From a bacterium (GTDB lineage: Bacteria; Patescibacteriota; Minisyncoccia; Phycocordibacterales; UBA5272): a stretch of 35,195 nucleotides of DNA. The notes beneath the pieces were generated by a model. The model saw only the letters and a program-made list of their open reading frames with translations, was not told where the DNA came from and did no database searches. How positions within the stretch are numbered: the stretch's first letter is position 1; each line of letters opens with the position of its first letter. The stretch covers positions 1-35,195 of the forward strand of contig JAYWGA010000013.1 of NCBI GenBank assembly GCA_043778525.1. Direction: 5' to 3'. The translations under genes were made by a program, and so were the position numbers. Shown in pieces: positions 27,621-34,076 of this stretch.

Positions 27621-28435
27621 AATTCTAGTATATATGAAATATCTATAATGTAAAAGTTAAAAATGTTGTATAAAAGTAAAAAAGTTAAGATACCAAAAAA
27701 TAAAAATGGCAGAAAAGGCATTTCAAGTTTTTTTACATATTTTTTGTACTTTATAAACATAAAAATAATACTAAAAATAGCCCCAATCCATACACTATAA
27801 AGAAAAATATTTATGCCAAAACTGAGACCAAAAAATAAGAATAAAGAAATAATTGAAAACAAATCTGCAAAGCCAAAATATATTTCTTTTTTAGCAAATA
27901 TAAAAGCAAGCACAAAACTAAATACTAAGAATAGTAAAGTATACAAAGAAAAATTTGTAAAATAATTAAAAATAATAGTGAGTAGGATAAATAAATATAG
28001 ATAGACACTTTCTACCATTTTTTCTTTATAATCCTGATATGTCAAAGTACCAAACAAAAAACTAAAAGTAAAAGTAATCAAAATATTTATAAATAAATTT
28101 AAATTTTCATTTATTAAAATAATTAAATTATTTTGTAAAAATGCAAATAAACTGAGCGCAAAAACTCCAAGCAAAATCTCACAGATAAAATATTCTTTTT
28201 TTATTGGGATTTTGCAGTTTTTACACTTACCAAGGTAGGCTGCAAAGGAAAACACTGGCAATAGCTGATACCAAGAAAGAGTTTTTTCACAGCTATCACA
28301 AAAAGACTTTTTACTTTTTACTTTTTTGCTTTCGTTATTATTTTTTCTAAAATAACTAGCGCAGATAAAGCTAGCAAGTGAGGCACCTAAAATAAAAATA
28401 AGAAAGTAAAATAAATAAATAAATAAATTTTCCAT
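27599..28435 (-). CDS. pilD: Prepilin peptidase (A24 family)
   Basis: 278 aa, polytopic. The N-terminal region has the CDSC...LPVFSFAAYLGKCKNC four-Cys motif typical of PilD. A candidate second catalytic Asp lies in GFADL. Confidence 0.72.
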   Translation of the reverse strand: MENLFIYLFYFLIFILGASLASFICASYFRKNNNESKKVKSKKSFCDSCEKTLSWYQLLPVFSFAAYLGKCKNCKIPIKKEYFICEILLGVFALSLFAFLQNNLIILINENLNLFINILITFTFSFLFGTLTYQDYKEKMVESVYLYLFILLTIIFNYFTNFSLYTLLFLVFSFVLAFIFAKKEIYFGFADLFSIISLFLFFGLSFGINIFLYSVWIGAIFSIIFMFIKYKKYVKKLEMPFLPFLFFGILTFLLLYNIFNFYIIDISYILELWQFIMI

Positions 28436-28444
28436 ATGTTATTA

Positions 28445-30190
28445 TTATAGCTTTTCTATTTCTTTTTTCAAAGTGTCTAGCTTACTATTTATTTTTTTTA
28501 GTAATACAAAATTTTCTTCATTAAAAGTTTCTTTATTTTTTATATTTGTACTTGCGCGGATTTTTTCCAAAAATCCACGCACAGCCACAAACACGCTTTC
28601 AGAAATAAGCTCTCTCAGCTGCTCTTCATTTTTATTCACCATTTTTTCCTGCATATCTTTTTCTAGTTTTATGCGCTCTATGTTTTTTAGATCTTCATTT
28701 TCTAGCACTTCCAGTATTTCGGTATCTCCAAAATCTTTTAATATGTTTAAAAGAAAATCTCTAAACATTTCTTGCTTCGAGGTGCTTAGCTTTTCTATAA
28801 AAACAAAAGTAGAAATAAATAAAAGTGATATGTCTACTATTTTTTTTACAGTTTCTTCTTTTTTTATATATACCTTTGACTGCTCTATTTGAGTTAGGTC
28901 ATTTGCTATGTTTAAATCTTTAAGCTCAGCCAATACACTTTCTGACTTTATACCAGACACATCTTGTACATCTTTTGCATAACTTTCGCGTGACATCTGG
29001 CTACGTACACTTGCTAGTATTGGTAGTATTTCTTTTTTTATTCTCTGGCTTATCTTGAGATTGTCACCCTCCTTTTCTCCTTCTATTATCTTTTTAGTGA
29101 GTAGTTTAAATATTGATATCGGGTTTTGGGATATCTCTAGCCAGGCTTGTGGACTATCACAAATAATATCGGCAGGATCTTTTGCATCGACTATATCGAG
29201 TCCTTCTACATGCATATCATAAAATAGCGATATCTGCGCCGACTTTTTCATAGCTTCAAATCCGGCCTTGTCTGTATCTAGTGACAGCACTACCGTATCG
29301 GCAAATCTTTTTAATATATTTACATGTGCCTCAGTCAAAGCTGTGCCAGATATAGCCACAGTATTTACGACCCCTGCCTGATGCGACATTACTGTGTCCA
29401 TCTGCCCTTCTACTAGTATCACTTTTTTTTGTTTGGCTATTTCGGTTTTGGCTTTATCAAATCCAAATAGTACGGATGACTTGTGATACAGGCTCGTCTC
29501 TGGACTATTTACATATTTGGCTATACCTTCTTTTTCTTTATTTGCATCTGGTCCTATGATACGACCCGTAAAAGCGACGACTTTACCAGAAGTATTTGTA
29601 ATGGGAAACATAATACGAGATCTAAATCTATCATAAAATCCTTTTTCATGTTTTATACAAAGGCCCGACTCTAGTATCTCCTCATCGCTAAAGCCACTCT
29701 TTAAAAGAAAGCTATACAGAGTACGCCAGTCATTTATAGCAAAGCCAATACGAAAAAGATGTGTAGTCTCAGCTGTGATACCACGACCCTCGACATAGCC
29801 TCTAGCCTCAAAGCTCTCTTGCAAATTTTTTTGAAAAAAGATAGTTGCCTTTTCTAGTATTTCAAAACTACGCGAGTTTTCTTCTTTCTTAAAAGTAGAA
29901 AGCGAGACCCCAGCTTTTTCGGCCATTAGTTTGAGCGCATCTTTAAAAGGAATATTTTCTATATTCATAGTAAAGGTAAAAATATCGCCATGTGCAGCGC
30001 AGCCAAAGCAATGGTAAAAGTTTTTGGCAGGCGAAACATAAAAGCTAGGCGACTTTTCATTATGAAAAGGACAACGACCCTTGAACTGCGTCCCCGACTT
30101 TTCGAGGCGCACATAGTTTGAAATCACATCTACAATATCCACGCGCTGTTTTATTTCTTCGAGATTGGTCTTGCTGTCAGTGTTTTGCAT
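28445..30190 (-). CDS. dnaG: DNA primase DnaG
   Basis: 581 aa. Zinc-binding CPFHNEKSPSFYVSPAKNFYHCFGCAAHGD, and the TOPRIM segments ILVEGQMD and LSLDTDKAG. Confidence 0.94.
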   Translation of the reverse strand: MQNTDSKTNLEEIKQRVDIVDVISNYVRLEKSGTQFKGRCPFHNEKSPSFYVSPAKNFYHCFGCAAHGDIFTFTMNIENIPFKDALKLMAEKAGVSLSTFKKEENSRSFEILEKATIFFQKNLQESFEARGYVEGRGITAETTHLFRIGFAINDWRTLYSFLLKSGFSDEEILESGLCIKHEKGFYDRFRSRIMFPITNTSGKVVAFTGRIIGPDANKEKEGIAKYVNSPETSLYHKSSVLFGFDKAKTEIAKQKKVILVEGQMDTVMSHQAGVVNTVAISGTALTEAHVNILKRFADTVVLSLDTDKAGFEAMKKSAQISLFYDMHVEGLDIVDAKDPADIICDSPQAWLEISQNPISIFKLLTKKIIEGEKEGDNLKISQRIKKEILPILASVRSQMSRESYAKDVQDVSGIKSESVLAELKDLNIANDLTQIEQSKVYIKKEETVKKIVDISLLFISTFVFIEKLSTSKQEMFRDFLLNILKDFGDTEILEVLENEDLKNIERIKLEKDMQEKMVNKNEEQLRELISESVFVAVRGFLEKIRASTNIKNKETFNEENFVLLKKINSKLDTLKKEIEKL

Positions 30191-30229
30191 TGCTTATATT
30201 ATAGCAAATTTTACAACTTTTATCTCAGC

Positions 30230-30835
30230 TTATCTTTTGGAAAATATATAAAAAGCGAGAGGAAAAGCTATGAATAAATAACCAAAAAATAAAGAGAAAG
30301 GGAGTGAAAACAATGTAAAAATAAAAGCAAGTAAATAAGAATAAAGTCCAACATGCTTTAATTTTATTTTAAATTTCTTTTTTAGAATATCTTTTTTAGA
30401 TATTTTTTTGACTTCTTTTTCTTGTGGATCTTTTATCATAAAGCGAGCCAACTGCGAAAACATAAGTGATATAATAATCATAATAAAGCTATACAAAACT
30501 AATGCAAATTCGTTTTTTGGATTCTTGCCTAAAAAGGTGGTAGCAAAAGGTACCAGAGCTATAAACATAAGTAAAATAGAGTTTACCCAAAGTACTTTTG
30601 TACTGAGATTTTCTATTTTAGAGAGTATTTTGTGATGATTTATCCACATTAGAGCTAGTGTAATAAAGCTCAAAAAGAAAAGCATAAAATGTGGCAGTAG
30701 ATTATACACAGAGATAAAACCCTCATATTTATTAAGGCTATTGTTTAGTGGGCTAGCTATTTCAAAGGCAAGTAATGTGATAACTATAGACATCACACCG
30801 TCAGAAAAAGACTCTAATCTTGATTTTGATATCAT
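30230..30835 (-). CDS. TMEM175/DUF1211-family putative K+ channel
   Basis: MISKSRLESFSDGVMSIVITLLAFE matches the family RxExFSDGVxAIxITLL signature, followed by about six TM helices. I trimmed the track ORF (to 31120); an alternative start is at 30871. The 5' extension overlaps a consensus promoter and a plus-strand gene. Confidence 0.72.
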   Translation of the reverse strand: MISKSRLESFSDGVMSIVITLLAFEIASPLNNSLNKYEGFISVYNLLPHFMLFFLSFITLALMWINHHKILSKIENLSTKVLWVNSILLMFIALVPFATTFLGKNPKNEFALVLYSFIMIIISLMFSQLARFMIKDPQEKEVKKISKKDILKKKFKIKLKHVGLYSYLLAFIFTLFSLPFSLFFGYLFIAFPLAFYIFSKR

Positions 30836-30878
30836 ATTTTTATAAAAGTTTAGCATATCAGACCACATCATATCACTC

Positions 30879-30906
30879 TTGACAAATAAATATAAAGTAA
30901 TATAAT
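30879..30906 (+). promoter_or_regulatory. Near-consensus sigma70-type promoter of cassette 1
   Basis: TTGACA (30879-30884), 16-nt spacer, TATAAT (30901-30906). Confidence 0.55.
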
Positions 30907-30958
30907 ATGTAGTAGGAACCCAGTATGCAGGCAATAATGCTGTGCAGAAGAGGTTCAA

Positions 30959-31480
30959 ATGAGGGACGAGCAAATGTTGAAAATTTTTTTCGGAGCTGTG
31001 GTCGCAGTTATTGTTTTGGCACTTGGCTGGTACATTTTTGTCCAGCCATATACAAATCAGAGCAGCTATGACTACGGCTGCCTGGATGCTGGCGGCAACG
31101 TGGAAACATGCCGCATTCATTCCCCCGAGTATCTTTCGCTCATCGCTGCCTACAAGGTAGCTATAACCGAAGACCGGGCACTACCCATCACTCCATGTGA
31201 ATATGGCAGTGAAAAGAAAAATTGTGTAGTGGCTGAAGGGTATGGAGAGTATTACACTTTCTATACTAAGGACAGTATACTGCAAGTCCTCTGCAATGGC
31301 GGAGGAACGCTATGTGCAAACATAGCTTCCTACGGTGAAGAAGATCAGTTTTTAAATGCTAGCTACGCGCTAGTGCTAAAAGCTGAAGATGGCAATTATG
31401 CTATCGCAGCTTTCATCTTAGAGGAGACTGTGATAAATAGTCAGGAAACTGACTTTGCATCGCAAGTAGACACGGACTAA
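30959..31480 (+). CDS. Hypothetical N-terminally anchored exported protein with six Cys (G+C-richer cassette 1)
   Basis: 173 aa. SD-like GAAGAGG lies 5 nt before the ATG. TM segment IFFGAVVAVIVLALGWYIFV, then three spaced Cys pairs. Confidence 0.58.
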   Translation: MRDEQMLKIFFGAVVAVIVLALGWYIFVQPYTNQSSYDYGCLDAGGNVETCRIHSPEYLSLIAAYKVAITEDRALPITPCEYGSEKKNCVVAEGYGEYYTFYTKDSILQVLCNGGGTLCANIASYGEEDQFLNASYALVLKAEDGNYAIAAFILEETVINSQETDFASQVDTD

Positions 31481-31504
31481 ACTCTGTGCCCACCAAAACC
31501 AAAC

Positions 31505-31535
31505 AAAGGCGCGACCTCCGGTCGCGCCTTTTTTA
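31505..31535 (+). terminator. Intrinsic terminator of cassette 1
   Basis: GGCGCGACC-TCC-GGTCGCGCC (31508-31528) followed by TTTTTT. Confidence 0.72.
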
Positions 31536-31558
31536 TTTGTATTTTAACACTTTAACTA

Positions 31559-31587
31559 TTGACTTTTATTTTTATATATGATACTAT
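31559..31587 (+). promoter_or_regulatory. Promoter of cassette 2
   Basis: TTGACT (31559-31564), 17-nt spacer containing TG at 31579-31580, then TACTAT (31582-31587). Confidence 0.5.
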
Positions 31588-31652
31588 TATGTTTAGGAGA
31601 CAAAGGCAATGCCTATGTCTTAAACCTTTATATTTCCAGGAAAGGAAATGTT

Positions 31653-31865
31653 ATGAACCATAAACCAGAAAACTGGGACTACTACGACCATAAAGCCGTA
31701 GGCAAGACCAATGTTGGTTTTGCAAAAAAAATCTCTATGCAATTTGGTACTGCAACTGAAATGTCAGTAAGTGTACTGATAATTTCAGCCAACCTGCTGA
31801 AGGCAATACCTTTATGGGTATACGCCATAGCGGTGACGGCAGCTGTTTGTCGCTACTTTTTCTAA
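31653..31865 (+). CDS. Hypothetical small membrane protein (cassette 2)
   Basis: 70 aa from the ATG at 31653, preceded by AGGAAAGGAAATGTT. The C-terminal half is hydrophobic (VSVLIISANLLKAIPLWVYAIAVTAAV). I trimmed the track ORF (31578..). Confidence 0.45.
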   Translation: MNHKPENWDYYDHKAVGKTNVGFAKKISMQFGTATEMSVSVLIISANLLKAIPLWVYAIAVTAAVCRYFF

Positions 31866-31884
31866 AAGACAAGAGCTCAGCTCA

Positions 31885-31913
31885 GGGTCGCGCGTAAGTG
31901 CGGCCCTTTGTAT
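31885..31913 (+). terminator. Intrinsic terminator of cassette 2 (GTAA tetraloop)
   Basis: GGGTCGCGC-GTAA-GTGCGGCCC (31885-31906) followed by TTTGTATTT. Confidence 0.65.
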
Positions 31914-31942
31914 TTCTTTTATATTTTTTAATACTTTAACTA

Positions 31943-31970
31943 TTGACTTTATTTATTTTTATGATACTAT
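31943..31970 (+). promoter_or_regulatory. Promoter of cassette 3
   Basis: TTGACT (31943-31948), 16-nt spacer with TG at 31962-31963, then TACTAT (31965-31970). Confidence 0.5.
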
Positions 31971-32043
31971 TATAAGAAGAAGTGTGCGGCAATAATGCCA
32001 AACACTTAAACACCTTGAAACTTTTGTCTCGAAAGGACACATT

Positions 32044-32781
32044 ATGGCAGTAGATGATACACAAGCAAAAATGAACGCAGATGCCGATACAATGGCAAAA
32101 GCAGTGGAAGTGGCAAAAACTGCAGCAGCAGCACAGCCGGCCACTGCGGCTCGCCCCACAAAAAAGGTGAGGTCTCCTGCAGACAGTTCACAGATTGCAA
32201 AATTTGTGATGCCCAGGCAAGAATGGCCAGTAAAAGTAAATGGCCCAGATGACTTGGTGCTGAATATTTCTTTTTCAGCAACAGGTCAGCCCATCGCGAC
32301 ACTCGTGTCTGGGCCTGAGTCACCTCCGGCTCCGGCCGAAGCACCCAAACCTACCATCAAAGGAAAGGACGAAGCAGTCTTTGGGCAAATGCCACTGCAT
32401 CGTGACGGGAGGTTGATCACGGCAGTGCTGGTGATCATTGCGCTCCTTATTGCAATGTGGCTCCTCAACCCCCGCCTCGACGATCGCGGCTATGTCGCCC
32501 CGACGGCAGCAAAGGTGGAAACACCCGCTGTCGTGACTGCGCCAAAGGCTGAATATCAGTCGATTGAGTGTAGTGGAGAGAGACAAACTCAATGTGTAGC
32601 TCCCCTTACCAGTGGATTTGCTATGGTAGGTGAAAAAGATGTGATAACAAGATATGGCAATTGCACAAAAGGAGAAGGTGGCTTAATATGCCACCATCTC
32701 AGCATCAAGGAAGAAGGTGTTGAAAGTCGACTGTTTCTACTAGAAAAAGATACAGTTGTTGGAACTATAATGAACCCGTAA
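32044..32781 (+). CDS. Hypothetical bitopic membrane protein, Ala/Pro-rich N-terminal part, Cys-containing C-terminal ectodomain (G+C-rich cassette 3)
   Basis: 245 aa. AAAGGA lies before the ATG. TM segment LITAVLVIIALLIAMWLL near residue 135, and four Cys in the C-terminal part. The overlapping minus-strand ORFs look like high-GC shadows. Confidence 0.58.
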   Translation: MAVDDTQAKMNADADTMAKAVEVAKTAAAAQPATAARPTKKVRSPADSSQIAKFVMPRQEWPVKVNGPDDLVLNISFSATGQPIATLVSGPESPPAPAEAPKPTIKGKDEAVFGQMPLHRDGRLITAVLVIIALLIAMWLLNPRLDDRGYVAPTAAKVETPAVVTAPKAEYQSIECSGERQTQCVAPLTSGFAMVGEKDVITRYGNCTKGEGGLICHHLSIKEEGVESRLFLLEKDTVVGTIMNP

Positions 32782-32799
32782 AGGGTTTGTAATAATATA

Positions 32800-32830
32800 G
32801 GGCCGCGCGTAAGTGCGGCCCTTTCTATTT
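32800..32830 (+). terminator. Intrinsic terminator of cassette 3 (GTAA tetraloop)
   Basis: GGGCCGCGC-GTAA-GTGCGGCCC (32800-32821) followed by TTTCTATTT. It differs from the 31885 hairpin at one stem position. Confidence 0.68.
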
Positions 32831-32852
32831 CTATTTTTTAATACAATATCTA

Positions 32853-32881
32853 TTGACAGATATAAATAAATAGTATATAAT
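32853..32881 (+). promoter_or_regulatory. Consensus promoter of cassette 4 (predicts a leaderless or near-leaderless mRNA)
   Basis: TTGACA (32853-32858), 17-nt spacer, TATAAT (32876-32881). The ATG is at 32890. Confidence 0.55.
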
Positions 32882-32889
32882 ATACATAT

Positions 32890-33474
32890 ATGAAAAATAT
32901 TCGAAACAAAGCACTTTTAATAATAACACTTTCACTTTTTGCAGTATCTAGCACTTTTGCAAAGGGAGCATACTTTGCCCCATCAAAGACAAAGCCTGAT
33001 ATTTCGGGTCTTGTCGCTGATGCCGGCTGTAAATATGTAATAGACTATAATCCTTTTATGCAAGAGTACACTGTGCAGCATATTTGTAACACTATCTCCT
33101 TCCCGACTGTAAACACTCCTGTCTTTCCGGCTTATGTCAGCCCTCTTGACTCTGCACCTGTATATACAATAGATATAAATGTAGCTCAAAAGCCAAGTGT
33201 TAATGTAAATGTAAACTTCCCAGCACAAAATATAAATCTAAACACAAATAGCTTTTTTAATAATTTTTATAATTCTTTTAGACTGCCTGTTTATAAAAGC
33301 TACACCTATGACTTTAGTCAGCCATTACCTGTTTTTAGAAATTATAATTATACAAATTACACAACTTACTTTCATCCAAAACTACAAGCAAGAAATATAT
33401 CTTCTGGGAATATTTTGCCAATTAAAGTGCAAACTAATAATTCTTCTGGAAACATACTTACAACAAGAAACTAA
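32890..33474 (+). CDS. Hypothetical secreted Asn/Tyr/Phe-rich protein (cassette 4, AT-rich)
   Basis: 194 aa. Signal peptide MKNIRNKALLIITLSLFAVSSTFA, one Cys pair, and an N/Y/F-rich C-terminal half with a repeated SSGNIL. Confidence 0.55.
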   Translation: MKNIRNKALLIITLSLFAVSSTFAKGAYFAPSKTKPDISGLVADAGCKYVIDYNPFMQEYTVQHICNTISFPTVNTPVFPAYVSPLDSAPVYTIDINVAQKPSVNVNVNFPAQNINLNTNSFFNNFYNSFRLPVYKSYTYDFSQPLPVFRNYNYTNYTTYFHPKLQARNISSGNILPIKVQTNNSSGNILTTRN

Positions 33475-34070
33475 TCCCCCTTCTCAAACACCTTCTTCAA
33501 AAGCCTCACCTCTTTTTCTAGTCTATTGATAAGTACCTTCTTAACCCTCGGAGCTTTCTTATAATTCTTCTCAAACTTCTTTGCGACAGCAAGTACTCCT
33601 AGGTGAAAATCTATCCTAGTCTCAGTCACTTGCCTCAGGGTAAAAAGACTCATACCTATATCTCGCGTGTCTTTGTTTTTCCACATGTCTATTAGAGAGT
33701 AGCTATTATGTATTTTGTCAGCCAGAGACACCAGTAGCGACTCTACGCTCGAGTGTTTTAGGTTTTCTAGATAGCTTTCTTTTTTGTCTTTGTATGACAA
33801 ATCATTGTCTTCCGTCACACCTTGCACTATATTCATCACCCTTTTGCCAAAGTCATTTTCTAGATTTGTAAAAGTATAATTTGGTATGTCCTCGATAGAG
33901 TCATGCATGAGAGCGGCTACTATGATATCATCATCTTTTATGCCCTCCTCTAGTAGCAAAAACGCTACTGAGCAAAGATGAGAAAATACATGCAAGACCT
34001 CACCACCTTTACGGTACTGATCTTTATGCATTATGCTTGCTTTATTTATGGCTTCAAAAATTTTACTCAT
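33471..34070 (-). CDS. HD-domain (p)ppGpp pyrophosphohydrolase-like protein (small alarmone hydrolase type)
   Basis: 199 aa. HKDQYRKGGEVLHVFSHLCSVAFLL...IIVAALMHDSIEDIP matches the RelA/SpoT hydrolase HD signature. No synthetase domain. Confidence 0.72.
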   Translation of the reverse strand: MSKIFEAINKASIMHKDQYRKGGEVLHVFSHLCSVAFLLLEEGIKDDDIIVAALMHDSIEDIPNYTFTNLENDFGKRVMNIVQGVTEDNDLSYKDKKESYLENLKHSSVESLLVSLADKIHNSYSLIDMWKNKDTRDIGMSLFTLRQVTETRIDFHLGVLAVAKKFEKNYKKAPRVKKVLINRLEKEVRLLKKVFEKGD

Positions 34071-34076
34071 ATTATT

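Noticed and set aside
30872-31120. N-terminal extension of the TMEM175-like ORF (track start at 31120)
   Set aside because: The extension overlaps a consensus plus-strand promoter and the 5' end of the 30959 gene. It is Cys/Ala-rich and unlike the family, whose FSDG signature begins right after the Met at 30835.
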